This document shows positions 50,788 through 64,000 of a stretch of 64,000 nt of DNA, piece by piece. A program made the position numbers and the translations under genes. Origin of the DNA: Octopus sinensis (taxonomy: Eukaryota); contig NC_043016.1 of NCBI RefSeq assembly GCF_006345805.1, positions 30,380,001 to 30,444,000 of the forward strand, read 5' to 3'. The notes below the pieces were generated by a model. That model worked only from the letters and a program-made list of their open reading frames with translations. It did no database searches and was not told the origin of the DNA. The number at the start of each line of letters is the position of its first letter. Position 1 is the stretch's first letter.

Positions 50788-52321
50788 GCAATGTCTACTG
50801 CTGCTGTACACACGACACACAGACCAAAAAAGACTACCTAATGAGCATAAAGTCCCTCACAAACACACCAGTTTCTAACACATGGACGCACTATCTCTTC
50901 TCTGAACTCCGAATGGCCTCTTTTCAGAAGATCTAGCTAAACTCATTCTATCTCTTCTGTTCAAGAATTCCCAACCCACTGGTATCTTTTCCTCTTATCA
51001 TCCTTGTTGTGTCCAACCCTGCTGTCCGGTTCTGCATTAATTTCTACACTAGATCCGGTCCTTCCTCCCCCAGAATAACGACTGTCACTGTAACTCCTTC
51101 TTTGTTTATGCACTATATTTTTCTGTATGTTTTGAATTCCAGAGGTTCAAGAGGAACCTAAATAACATCAGTCTCGTTAGCCTAGGAGGGCTTATGAAGG
51201 CCGCAGACACTGCTCCTTTCTTTAAACCCAGCAAGTTAAAAAAATGAAAATATGATTTTCCAACTTTGTGAAACGAATTCCTGAGTGAAATCAGATGGGG
51301 AGGCGGGGGTTATAGTATGTTTTTTAAATGTAATTTTTAATGCCACAAACTAACGCCAGAAAGCCGGAAAAAGAAATAGGTATTGAAACAATTATCCGGA
51401 GAAATAATACAATACCATAATAGTTGTTAATATGTCTGGTGTGGCGGAACAGTCTTCTTTTAGGTATATGGCTGTTCAATTTATTTCTCTCTGTCAGTCT
51501 TTCTGTCTCTTTCTCTCTCTGCCTCCCTCTCTCTCTCTCTCTCTCAGTAGAGAGAGACGGAAGAGAAAGATTAAGGTGTGATTTGCAGGAGATTTGGCAG
51601 CTATTTCTACCAGAATTAGCGATCAGATAAAACCCCAGCCGTTGCTTGTTCAGCCTTGATGTTCTGATCAAGTAGACCTATGATAAAAGTATTCCATCCA
51701 TGGCTATCTCAACTTATTTTCTGAAAGTACGTATCCAGTACTACATCATCCAAATGTGTCCTTCCCTCTCAAAACAGTTGTTTGAAGTTTGAGGGGAGTT
51801 TGACAGCTATTTCTTGTAGATCGATTGGTCACGTAGAGGCTCTTTGGCAAGATTATTGATTGTTGTTTGGCTAGATTATTGATTGTTGTTTTGGCTCAGA
51901 TAAACAGATCTTTGATCAAGAACATTCATACATTAAAGCCATGAATATTCCCTCTTTCTCTTTTCTTCGAGTTTTGGTGTAGCTGTCCCTCGAAACCCCA
52001 AATGTCGTTGGAAAAGAGAGGAGAAAAAGAACGGAATTGAGAGGCAAAAAAAAGTTGAAATTCTTAGTATGCTTGTATGAAACACAAGTATACTAAAAGG
52101 GAAGAAAATAACTTTTTTTTTCATTTTCTCATGAGGTACCAGACTTCGAGGACAACTATACCGAAACTCCACATTTCTTTCTTTATTTATTTTTAGCAAT
52201 AGAACTACATTGTGACATATCGTTTTCGAAGACGATCAGGTATGACCCGCCAAGAAGATTTAGCTGCTGTTTCCAGCAGCAATAACAAGACCACAGGTTC
52301 TCCAGTTGTCTTGTTGTTCGT

Positions 52322-52501
52322 ATGGGAGATAACTCTGGCAGAAGTAGAATTAACGAAAACAAAATCCCATCGGTTTTTAAAACGAGGCATTTTTCACAAA
52401 AGTACTTAAGAACTGCGATGGAGACGATGGCAAATAGCCTTAAAAATTCCCCCAAAGGACAATTAATATATAAAAGAACTACAGATGTTAAGCGATTACT
52501 G
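52322..52501 (+). CDS. Unidentified gene, first coding exon (MGDNSGRSRINENKIPSVFKTRHFSQKYLRTAMETMANSLKNSPKGQLIYKRTTDVKRLL)
   Basis: ATG with upstream in-frame TAA; 60 codons; donor CTG|gtatat in phase 0, matching the exon at 57026. Possible 5' UTR acceptor near 52196. Confidence 0.65.
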
Positions 52502-53959
52502 GTATATATACAATTTTAATTATGATTATATGTACTACAATTTAATTTTTTCCCTTTCTCTTCGGTGAAATACGTTTGAATGGTAGGCAAATTGAATGAT
52601 CAGGGCGAAATGAATAACTTCTAATTTCTTATTTTCTCCCTACCTGTTTGAAACCTTTACAGTGCAAGTATTGCATCATTATTTTGTGCATTTGAATCAT
52701 CTTTAGGAGTAAAATTGGTCAGCCTAGTTGTTGTTGAAGTTGAGAGAGTTTGAAACAAGTTAGGTGGCCGGTCCTCTGTTGCCAAGAAATCTTTCCTCAA
52801 CTTTGAACCTATAGTAATTGAGGTTGCTAATAAAATGTCTTAGATTATATTTCGTGTTTAACAATCAATATTCTTTTCTCTGTTGGATTCCAACTTAATA
52901 TTTTTCCCACGCTAGTGTCTAGTTTGATAATTTTCGAGTTTCAAAAAAATGAGGTCTAAAATAATTTGTTTCTTGCATAGAGCGTAAATATGTCACAAAG
53001 AGAGATACTCCAGATTTTGAAGAATCCACAGAATATTTCCTGTAACGTTTTTTTTTTTTTTTTTTACTTTTTCAATTTCATTGATTTCATATCCTCTTTC
53101 ATTTGATATTTATTTATTTATTTATTGCATTTCTGATCTTTCTGATGTCTAAGTATAGACATTGATGTGTATGAGTTTGTTTTCTGGAGAACTGAAGCAA
53201 CAAATTTTACCTTAGCATGGTTTACTCATTTTACCCCAGCCAAATTTGTTGCTTATGTGTTTGAAATAGTGGTCGGATTATGTTATAATGATTTTAATGT
53301 ATTTAGGGAAGACCATTTGCGAAGCTGATATAGATAGTTTTTTCTAAGGTAGTGAAACATTTGTAAAAAGTATTAGTCTCAAAAATCAAAAATTCAGTTT
53401 TAAAATCTCGTTTTGCAATCCACTCCTTCCTCATTTGTATATGTCACTAATGATGTTTTGGTTTCATAATATATTGCTGGTATTCATTAATGAGGATCCT
53501 CTCTACTTGAATTATAGCTATCCGACGATATTTCCTTGATCGAAAGGCTGTCTCTTAATTTCTGTGAATTTTTGTTTTTCGCTAAAGATTGCCATGTATT
53601 TCGAATTTGGCGGTATAATCATTGGAGCCTTTTGTCTCTGAGTTGAGATGTGCTTTGTTAAGTTTATGGATTTAATCAATATAGTGTACGTAATCATATA
53701 TATATATATGTGTGTGTGTGTTTATATGGCTCAAAATGGTGCAAAAACAAAAGAGAGACAGGTGAGGGAACTACAAACGGCGTATTAGTTTAGTTTGGCG
53801 CTCAGGAAAATAAGAAGCCTGGCGTTTTGAGTTTATGTAGTGGTTAAAGGTGTATCGGAATGTGTCAAGGTAAACAGATGCGATAGGCATGTGGATGACT
53901 TCGAAGTAAATAATTGAATGACATCGATTTATATAGTTTAAATCATTTATATATATATA

Positions 53960-54345
53960 GGCGCAGGAGTGGCTGTGTGGTTAGTAGCTTGCTAACCAAC
54001 CACATGGTTCCGGCCCACTGCGTGGCATCTTGGGCAAATGTCTTCTGCTATAGCCCCAGGCCGACCAATGCCTTGTGAGTGAATTTGGTAGACGGAAACT
54101 GAAAGAAGCCTGTCGTATATATGTATGTATATGTGTGTGTGTGTCTGTGTTTGGCCCCCTAGCATTGCTTGACAACCGATGCTGGTGTGTTTACGTCCCC
54201 GTAACTTAGTGGTTCGGCAAAAGAGACCGATAGAATAAGTACTGGGCTTACAAAGAATAAGTCCCGGGGTCGATTTGCTCGACTAAAGGCGGTGCTCCAG
54301 CATGGCTGCAGTCAAATGACTGAAACAAGTAAAAGATAAAAGAAG
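53960..54345 (+). mobile_element. tRNA-derived SINE family A, full length; copies also at about 10387-10787(-), 11060-11395(-), 14490-14912(-), 23195-23860(-), 26925-27372(-), 43700-44250(-), 61542-61918(+), 63780-64000(+) and fragments
   Basis: tRNA-like head GGCGCAGGAGTGGCTGTGTGG..GGTTCC with A/B-box-like motifs, internal (TA/TG)n, (AAAAGA)n tail. Confidence 0.9.
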
Positions 54346-55238
54346 ATATGTTCCGAGCCCACAATCTCAGATGAAGTCACTTATATGCAAGTACATCTCT
54401 GTAAATAGAAAGAATATCTCTATGAAATGTTATATTGTTTTAGTCAAACTGAAAATAAAATTTCGTATTGACACTGACCAGTCCTTACATACATACAGTG
54501 TGTTTAATACCTAACTCAGAAAGACACACTCACTGTGAGACTTATACACACTCATACACTCACTCACATACATTCATAGACAAATACACAATATACAAAA
54601 TGAGACAGTCATCATCGTGGTTAAAATTAAAAGTATAAAAGTGAAACAATATATCACATTACAATATACATGTTTCATTTTAGCTTTTTGGAAAGTGGGG
54701 AAGTTTCTTCATAAATAATGTCATTTACCTGTTGTTTCTAGCATGTCGAGTTTTCTGGTGTTGCTCCAATATTCTTTGTGTCTGCTATTTCAGTACAATT
54801 CTATGCATACATGAAAAATCAGATGATAGTGAAACATTGGGAGCTTTTATTTTTTTGAAAGCAGGTAGGTGATGGATGGGCGAGGTGGGAGAACTGGTAT
54901 TCAGTGTTTCTTTAAGAAAAATTAAACTTTATAAAAAACATATATATTTCCCAGATTTGTAATCTATGTATTTTTCTGCATGGATAAAAAAAAAAAATCA
55001 AAAAGGAGTTACAAATTAAGAAACTGTGATGGGGAGGAAATAAAAATTTTGAAAACATGATTTCTAAGCAAATTCGTATTAACCCTTTTTTATACAATGA
55101 AACAATACATAGTTTATGATCCTTCTTAGGAACAGAAAGCATTTTCATGCAAACCCATGTCAACTGTACCATCCCCTCCATCTTCACTTTTAAACAAACA
55201 ATAACTTCCATTATGCCAGTATTCCAGTTCACTATAAC

Positions 55239-56435
55239 CAGGAGTTGGACAAGATAATGGAAACACCTAGCGTCATAGCATCATAATTTTAAAATATCTA
55301 TAAAACCATCAAAAGCTTGGTTATTTTTACGTTTTTTGATTTATTAGAAAAAGGTAATTAAAATGACAGATCTGTTGGACTTTCAAAGAGGTCAAATAGT
55401 TGGTGCTCGTATGGCAGGAGCTAGCGTAATGAAGACAGCCGAAATGTTTGGTGTATCAAGAAGTACTGTCTCGAAAGTAATAACAGCCTTTGAGAAAGAG
55501 GTAAAAACCTCTTCATAGAAACAAAACTCCAGAAGAAAACCAAAACTTTCAGATAGGGATTGTCAGACTCTTATGCGAATTGTTAGAAAGGATCACAAAA
55601 GTACAGCTCCTAAAATTACTGCAGACCACCTCGAGAACACAGTTTCCACAAAACTGTTCACTGGGAGCTGCACAAAGCTAGATTTCACAGGAGGGCTGCA
55701 ATCAGAAAACCACTACTTTCAAAAACAAATGTTGCAAAGCTTTTAGAGTGGAGTAAAAACCTACAGAATTGGCCTCTAGAGCAGTGGAAGAATGTCATTT
55801 TCTCATACAAGTCATCCTTTACCTTATTTCCAACCACCAGCCGAGTATACGTGTGGAGATAGCCAAAAGAAGCATTTGACCCAGACTGCTTTCTTCCAAC
55901 TGTTCGACATGGAGGAGGATCTGTGATGATGTGGGGGCTATATCTTGCAAATCCGCCAGCCCAATGGTTTCCCTTCATAGCAGAATTAATAGTGAAGACT
56001 ATTTAAGCATGTTATCTAATCAAATTCATCATATGGTTGCAGAACTGTTTCCAGAGGAGAATGCAATCTTTCAGGATGATAATACACCAATTCACACAGC
56101 TAAAGTTGTTACTGAATGGCACGAGGAACATTCTAGTGAAGTTGAACATCTTATCTGGCCACTACAGTCCTCAGATCTCAATATTATTGAACATTTATGG
56201 TGCATTTTAGAAAAACAAGTAAGGAGTTGATATCCTCCACCATCATCACTACAAGAAATGGAGACTGTTTTAGCTGAAGAATGGACAAAAATTCCTTTGG
56301 AAACAATTCAAACTTTGTACAAGTGCATACCTCATAGAATTCAATCTGTAATTGCTGCCAATGGCAGTCCTACCCCATATTAAAATTAATTTATTTGAAA
56401 TTTTAAGGTGTTTCCATCATTTTGTCCAACCCCTG
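55239..56435 (+). mobile_element. Dead Tc1-like transposon in intron of the + gene
   Basis: About 30-bp TIRs CAGG(A/G)GTTGGACAA..T.ATGGAAACACCT; MTDLLDFQRGQIVGARMAGAS, FQDDNTPIH, WPLQSSDLNIIEHLW; internal stops. Confidence 0.92.
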
Positions 56436-56531
56436 TATATCAGCTGTGCTGATTCTGCCCTTAAGAAAGGAACAAATAATACAATATGGCTGTAGGTCAT
56501 TACACCCAGGCTACGCCAGGATGCATTGCTA

Positions 56532-56581
<50 letters not shown>

Positions 56582-57025
56582 ATATATGTGTGTGTGTGTA
56601 TATATATATATATATACACACATACAAGCTCATTGGCTAATCACAACACTAGCATGTGTTGTGGAAGTTTTTCTATATATTGCAGGCAGGGAGATGAGTC
56701 GCTGCTATCTCTAGCAGTAGAGTGTCCATCATTGATAAGACCAAGGAAGGTTGAAATAACATGATCTGGTTGTCTCAATACTGGAGGTAGCGGGAATTTA
56801 TCTCCTTGATAGCCTTATAAACAAGCTTACATTTTGCACCAAAAGATCGCTATGAGAGTTTCTCTCGTGATATCTACTGCAGTGTAGTCTATTCTAATAG
56901 AACATCCACATTTAAGTGGGCATAAACATTACCTTTCAGTCTTATTACTGCCTCTGTTGCTAATATACATCATCACATGTATATTATTCAAATTTTACGA
57001 GTTAAAATATTTTTCTCTTATATAG

Positions 57026-57129
57026 GTTGATGTACAGAACTGCACAGTTCCTTCACTTGGTGTTAAAAAACAAAATTCACCACCACCTTCATCATTTCAG
57101 CAAGAAGAATATGAAGAGCAAACACAAAG
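57026..57129 (+). CDS. Unidentified gene, coding exon (VDVQNCTVPSLGVKKQNSPPPSSFQQEEYEEQTQ)
   Basis: Acceptor ttttctcttatatag, donor AAG|gtaaga; 104 nt, phase 0 to 2. Confidence 0.8.
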
Positions 57130-58434
57130 GTAAGAATTCTTTTTCATATGTTAATATGTGGGGCTTTAATTTTGATGATCTTCAATCACTTTGAAATGTA
57201 ACTCTCTCTAGTAAGATTTAAAAAAAAAATAAAACTTCCTTTTTAACTTAGAAAATATCAATTATTAAATTGTTTATTGCAATTAAGTAAAGATACTGTA
57301 AAATATTGTATGCACAAGCATGACTGTATGGTAAGACGTTTGTTTTTCAACCACATGGTTCCATGTTCAATCCCACTGCATGGCACCTTGGGCTTCTAAC
57401 ACAATGCATGGCTTACCAAAGCCTTGTGAGTTGATTTGGTAGAAAGAAACTGAATGAAGCCTGATGTATACACACAAGCATGCACACACACACACACAAG
57501 AAAGGGTCTTCAGACATTGGGAATGACAAGGGACCTAGGTTTCTGGCAGTTTGCTGTGCTTGAGAAGACATGTCTAGCTAATGGGTATTGGTGCCATATA
57601 CAAAAGCACCCATGCCACCATCAATAAAGCATCCATGCCAATGCTGCATAAAAGCACCCAGTACACTCTGTAAAAAGTGCTGACTTTGTCTAAGCTGTTA
57701 TGAGTTGAGAACATTGGTGATAGTGACAATGGCAATAACATATTTCAATAATTAAAAATGATTTTTAATATATTTTTTGTTTAATGTATTTATTTGTAAA
57801 CTTACTGGCAGTTAATTAGTCTCGTTGTCTATTGCCAAACTTGTTTTTTTAAATGGCCTTGAAATTGGATGAAATAGACATTAGGTTTGTCCTAACATTA
57901 TGTTCTGTAAACGTTTGACTGTTTTTTGTTTTTTGGTTTTTTTTCCCACCTACCTTTATATGATACAGGATAGCTATATGTCCCCTTTATTGCGTGACAC
58001 CTGTGGCATTTCTTCCAATTCCTCGTGTTCTGGATTCAAGTTCTGCTGAAATCAACTTTGCCTTTCGTCCTTTCAAAGTCAGTAAGACAAGTTCCAGTTG
58101 AGCACTGGGGGTGGAGGGGGTCAATGAAATCAATATCCCACTAAAATTGTTGGCCTTGTACCAAAATTTGAAATCATTATTATTATTATTGTTATTATGG
58201 TGGTGTTGGTAGTGGAGAGGAGGAGGACAAGGCTAATATTTTTTATGAAAGCAAACCAAAGCCTTCGAGCTTAATTTAAACGTGAGCCGTATCCTGTGAC
58301 TGAGTTTCAATTTCATTGCCTTTACATTGATAACCTTCTTCAAAGAACCAACACATAAGTGTTGCACAATTACCTTTTCGTAAATGAATCTGTGGTTTTT
58401 ATGTCAATAACAAAATTATTGTCTACAATTTCAG

Positions 58435-58600
58435 CAACAAGTCCTTTAGTCACGTCCTTCCCGTGAATGAGGAGAGGGAGAAAAATGTCAGAAACAAAAC
58501 CAATGTTAAGGAAAAACAGTCCTCTCCCAGAACCCCAGAATATTTACGGACAAAGCTCATCATAGAAGAGTATAAAGACATATGTGAAAACCAAAGTAAG
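58435..58600 (+). CDS. Unidentified gene, coding exon (NKSFSHVLPVNEEREKNVRNK...RTPEYLRTKLIIEEYKDICENQ)
   Basis: Acceptor gtctacaatttcag; phase-2 start fits the previous exon; open frame. Two overlapping donors: after 58595 (gtaagg) or after 58600 (gttagt). Confidence 0.8.
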
Positions 58601-59331
58601 GTTAGTCACACTCTTAAGTTTTGGATCTTTACCTTTTGACCTACAGATTTAAAAAATGATTTTTTGTAACTAAACACATTCAAACTTCGGACACTGGTAG
58701 AATGTGTCATATAAAACATCTTTCACTCTTAGCATTTTTGAGAAAAACTTATATTTACGAAGTAATTTCACATCAAAGTAGGCCTATTTTGGTAATTTCA
58801 ACCAATCAATGATGTGTATTCAGCTGAATAAAATTACTGCCGATGTTTGTCAACAAGAACTTCCGGCGGTGTATATTTCGTTTGTCGCTGTTATTTATGA
58901 CAACCCTAACCCTAAACCCAGTACAAACGCACGAACGATGTCATAGAATCATTTCCCATACTTTCTCTCTCTCTGCTGTTCCCTGTCAGTTATAGGGGCC
59001 CTTTTTGGCCCCTAGTCTTACAACTTACAAAGCAACCTCAGTGGTGCTAGTGGCATGAAAAAGCACCCAGTTCACTCTGCAAAATGGTTGGCTGTAGGAA
59101 GGGCATCCAGCTGTTGAAAACCAAGCCAAAAACAGACAATAGAGCATGATGTAGTCCTCCAACTCATCAGCTCCTGGAAAATGGATATTTAATGATGATG
59201 ATGATGTATACAGGATGCAGCAAAAAAAACTTTTCATTCATCAACTTTGATAAATATTTTGAAGACTCATCAAACCAAGTGATATCATAGTTGTGGACGT
59301 TTTTGATGCCATGTAACTGGCACCCTTGCCA

Positions 59332-59790
59332 GTGGCACATAAAAAGCACCTTTCAAGTGTTGAAGCTTCACGGAGGCAGCATGGCCAATGTTGATGTTGT
59401 GGAACTAGCAACTGTGTTAGTGGCACGTAAAAAAGCACCTTTCAAGTGTTGAGCTTCACGGAGGCAGCATGGCCAATGTTGATGTTGTGGAACTAGCAAC
59501 TGTGTTAGTGGCACGTAAAAAAGCACCTTTCAAGTGTTGAGCTTCACGGAGGCAGCATGGCCAATGTTGATGTTGTGGAACTAGCAACTGTGTTAGTGGC
59601 ACGTAAAAAGCACCTTTCAAGTGTTGAGCTTCACGGAGGCAGCATGGCCAATGTTGATGTGGAACTAGCAACTGTGTTAGTGGCACGTAAAAAGCACCTT
59701 TCAAGTGTTGAGCTTCACGGAGGCAGCATGGCCAATGTTGATGTTGTGGAACTAGCAACTGTGTTAGTGGCACGCAAAAAGCACCTTTCA
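59332..59790 (+). repeat. About 88-bp tandem minisatellite (5 full units plus a partial) inside an RTE 3' UTR
   Basis: GTGGCAC unit starts at 59332, 59420, 59508, 59596, 59680 and 59767; near-identical units. Confidence 0.92.
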
Positions 59791-62700
59791 AGCACTGGGC
59801 CTCACAGAGGCAATGACAAATGACAAGAACTTTGGCAGTATGCTATTGCTTGAGAAGGAAAATCCATCAAGCCGAGCGAAATTATAGTTGTGGTAGATAC
59901 TGGTGACATTCAACTGGCACATGAAATTACCTATTACAATATCAGAGTATAATAGGTGTTTTTATTACACTCTCAGAGTATAATAGTTGTGTAATAGGCA
60001 TTAGAAAGAACATCCAGCTGTAGAAAGCATGCCAAATCAGAGTGGAATCTGGTGCAACCCGTCAGCTTACCAGCCCTGGTAAAAACCATCCAACCCATGC
60101 CAGCATGGACAATGGACATTAAATGATGATGAGGATTTCAACAACAAACACTTGATGTGCACTAGTCCTAACCATGATGGTAGCAGGAAAAAAAAATCCC
60201 TGTAAAACATTAGCTACATGATGAGGTCATTACTCTCTGCCTAACTTCACTTGTGCCTCACCAATGGCCATATAAAATATGGGAGGTTTTTTTTCAGTTG
60301 CAGAGAGAGAGAGTGATGTGTGCATGAATATTTACATTGCATAAGCACTCTTCGAACATTGGGCGATATGCTGTGTTGAGGGATCTGTCAAACTAAATGA
60401 AATTGTAGTCATGGTCAATGGCAGTGCCATCTGATTGACACCTGTGCTTTGGACCTCATGAAGGCAATGACAGGTGACTGAGACCTTTGCCAATATACTG
60501 TGCTTGTGCAGACCTGTCAAGCCAAGTGAGTTTGTAGTCATGGCCAATGCCGGTGTCATGTCAGTGGCATATAAAAAGCACTCACTACACTCTTGGAGTG
60601 GTTGGTGTTAGGAAGGGCATCAAGCTGTAGAAACCATGCCAAATCAGATTGGAACCTGGTGCAGCCCACTGGCTTACCAGTCGGCGAGCTGGCAGAAACG
60701 TTAGCACACCGGGTGAAATGCCTAGCGGTGTTTCGTGTGTCTTTATGTTCTGAGTTCAAATTCCGCCAAGTTTGACTTTGCCTTTCATCCTTTCGGGGGT
60801 CGATAAATTGAGTACCGGTTACGCACTGGGTTCGATGAAATCGACTTAATCCCTTTGTCTGTCCTTGTTTGTCCCCCCTATGTTTAACCCCTTATGGGCA
60901 ATAAAGAAATAAGTTTGCAGTCAAACTGTCCAACCTATGCCAGCATGGAAAGTGGACATTAAACAATGATGATGATGATGATCATGTCATTATGTTTACA
61001 TTCATTGTTAACAATAAGTTCTGTATCTTTACACATTCGAAGTCCAGTGAAATAAAAACAAAAAGCAAAACAAAACAATTTCTGTACTTGAAAAATAGAT
61101 AAGAGTTGAGAAAAGAAAGGCATTCAGCCAAAAAATACTGTGTCAATGAGTGTTTGTTTAACTCTTTAGCATTTATACTGGCCACATCCGACACAAATAT
61201 TCTTGTTTTATGCTCAAACCAGCCAAATTTGGCTTCTCACACCTACCCTACAATATATCATTCTCAAAATAAACAATTACATCATCAAAATCTCAAAGCT
61301 ACAAGATAATGCAGCATTAATTCAAAACAAAGTAAATGAATAAGTCTTACATTTGACAGAAAAATTTGAATACTAAACAGTTAACTCAGTAGTTCTCAAC
61401 CCTGACCATATGGCCCTCACAGGTCCATATAAGATTTTGCTGGCTGAAGTTTATGTGCTATAAATTGATTTTACTTGTACAATATACAAAATATTTTATC
61501 AATTTTTTTTTTAATGCAATTTCTATTAATAGTTAATTATAGGCGCAGGAGTGGCTGCGTGTTAAGTAGCTTGCTTATGAACCACATGGTTCCGGGTTCA
61601 TTCCCACTGTGTGGCACCTTGGGCAAGCGTCTTCTACTATAGCCTCGGGTTGACCAAAGCCTTGTGAATGGATTTGGTAGACGGAAACTAAAAGAAGCCC
61701 GTTGTATATATGTGTATGTGTTTCCCCCCCCCCCCCAACATCGCTTGACAACCAATGGTGGTGTGTTTACGTCCCTGTAACTTAGCAGTTCGGCAAAAGA
61801 GGCCGATAGAATAAGTACTAGGCTTCCAAAGAATAAGTCCTGGGGTCGATTTGCTCGACTAAAGGCAGTGCTCCAGCATGGCTGCAGTCAAATGACTGAA
61901 ACAAATAAAAGAATAAAACTATATAATGGGGTTTTTTCAAGCATCAAATGGCTTTGATGGCCCACCCTAATAAAATAGGTGCCAAAGGGGTCCATAAGTA
62001 AAAAAAAGGTAATCAAAAAATGAATATAAAACAAACAACTCTTAATAAACATTCTAAAAAGATTTCTTGTATATACAGAACCTGTAAAACACAAATTAAT
62101 TTCAACCAATTAATTGCCCCTAATTTCATTTAACCCTCTTGCGACACCCTAGCCAATTGATTGGCCCAAATGATACAAGCTGAAAGGACTTTGAGGCAGA
62201 TTCATTGGCAATGGAACAAACGTTTAGAAGTGTAATAACCTGCCAGGAATTGTCTTTCAGTCCATGTAATATAAAACTATAATATATATATATATATAGC
62301 TTTACATACTAATGAAATAGTTTTAGGCACTTTATTCTTTGTTTTCTACATGCACCACCCATCAATTTCAATTTTAACAGAAAAAAAATTTTGGTCTTTT
62401 TGGCTACACATACCAAAACAATGTGATAAGATTCCAATTATAAATCCACTTTCTTAATTATTACCTAGTCATTATGTCATCTAAATTCTTAGTTTTCAAT
62501 TTACTGTTTAAAATCTTTCCTTTTATTTGCTTATTATTTGACATGTCTTTGCTTTCCCCCCCCCCCTTAATGACGTTTTCACTGTTCCCTGGTTAATCCT
62601 TAGACTGATCTATTAAATCTTAGATTATCTATTAAATACATATTCTAAACAGCATGGGATGATTTAAATATTGTTACAAGGGCATAAACACACATATACA

Positions 62701-64000
62701 CAATGGGCTACCAAATCTACTCACAAGGTTTTGGTCATGCAATGTGAAATATTCATGCACACACATCACTCTCTCTGAAAAAGACCTGTGTTGTTTTGGG
62801 TTTTTTTTTTGTTTTTTTCTTTGATTATCTCAATTCACAAATCATCATCATGTCCGCTTTTCCATGTTTGCATGTGTCAGACGAAGTTTATCAAGACAGA
62901 TTTTTTTTCTATGGCCTGTTGCCCTATATTCTGCAAATACTTCTGTTAATTTGTGAACTTTTACACTGACGGCATTGATTGGATTTGTTGATTTACCCCA
63001 CAGCAAAAGTAAATTGAAGAAGATATAACTACCTAATTAAACATTACACTGAATAAACTAATTACAGTGCTAGTTAGATGCACTGACAGGCATTCCTTAT
63101 CTCACCTGCATTCCAGAGAATTCACCTTAGCACATGTCTTTGGAATTGTAAAATTAAACAAACAACCTCCCACCCCACCACACCCCATTCTTTCTCTGTC
63201 CCTTAAAAGGTTAAATAAACACATCAACACAAGATCATTAATCAATTAGATAACATTATTGGAAAAAAGTATATATTGGGGAGCTACAGTGTACAACCAT
63301 CCAAAGACTTCCAAGAGATCGTCATCGTGACTGTCGCTACTACCACTACTATCATCATCATCATCACCTATTTCTTTACTACCCACAAGGGGCTAAACAC
63401 ATGGGGGCCAAACAAGGACAGACAAACGGATCAGGTCGATTACATCAACCCCAGTGTGTAACTGGTACTTAATTTATCGACCCTGAAAGGATGAAAGGCA
63501 AAGTCGACCTCGGTGGAATTTGAACTCAGAACGTAACGGCAGACGAAATACGGCTACCCTTTTCACCCGGCGTGCTAACGTTTCTGCCAGCTTGCCACCT
63601 TTATCATCAACATCATCATCACCACCATCACCATTTTTTTTTTTGATGCCCATTTTCCTTGTTTGCATGGGTCAAACAGAATTTGTTGAAATAGATTTCC
63701 TATGCATGCATATGTATAGAAAAATTTGTTTACTAATATTTGTGTAACAGAAACAAAAAAGAAAGTAAATAAATAATATAGGTGCAAACATGGCTGTGTG
63801 GTAAGAAGCTTGCTTCCCACTGCATGACACCTTGGACAAATGTCTTCTACTATAGCCTTGGGCCTCCCAAAGCCTTGTGAGTGGATTTAGTAGATGGAAA
63901 CTGAAAGAAGTCCATTGTGTGTGTGTGTCTGTGTGTGATTAGGCCCCCTTAACTTAGCTTGGCATAAGGGACTGACAGAAGTATCAGGGCTTACAAAAAA

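Noticed and set aside
52600-53660. Possible L1/Tx1-like LINE remnant on the - strand
   Set aside because: Too decayed to recover diagnostic motifs by eye; needs a profile search.
53960-54030. tRNA genes at SINE heads
   Set aside because: tRNA-like boxes are fused to SINE bodies and lack complete cloverleaves.
58900-58922. Telomere-like AACCCT repeats (also AGGGTT at about 21330)
   Set aside because: Only 2-3 units; the 58.9 kb one appears to lie within a dispersed repeat. Not a telomeric array.
59332-59790. CRISPR-like array
   Set aside because: Whole units are repeated with no unique spacers, there are no cas genes, and the context is eukaryotic.

Overview
AT-rich, repeat-dense eukaryotic DNA. 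The SINE, RTE and MITE families look like octopus (coleoid cephalopod); that assignment is inference. Two spliced protein-coding genes point away from each other. (1) A synergin-gamma (SYNRG) homolog on the - strand has six well-supported phase-compatible exons (12914 to 2593), a probable first coding exon at 34126-34198 under an NRF1-like CpG promoter, and two candidate cassette exons (21 nt and 36 nt). It continues past the window start. (2) An unidentified + strand gene has three phase-compatible coding exons (52322-58600). The rest is SINEs, RTE, CRE-like and Penelope-like retroelement fragments, dead Tc1/mariner/maT elements, hAT, piggyBac and unclassified MITEs, a Helitron, solo LTRs, microsatellites and a 100-N gap. 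Highlights: an apparently intact minimal hammerhead ribozyme at the end of a Penelope-like remnant (40576-40622, -), a CpG-decayed hammerhead relic in the SYNRG intron, a UGC-flanked 21-nt microexon candidate, a twin-priming-like RTE inversion, and CpG decay of repeats inside gene bodies but not between the genes. Coordinates were read by eye; repeat boundaries are approximate.
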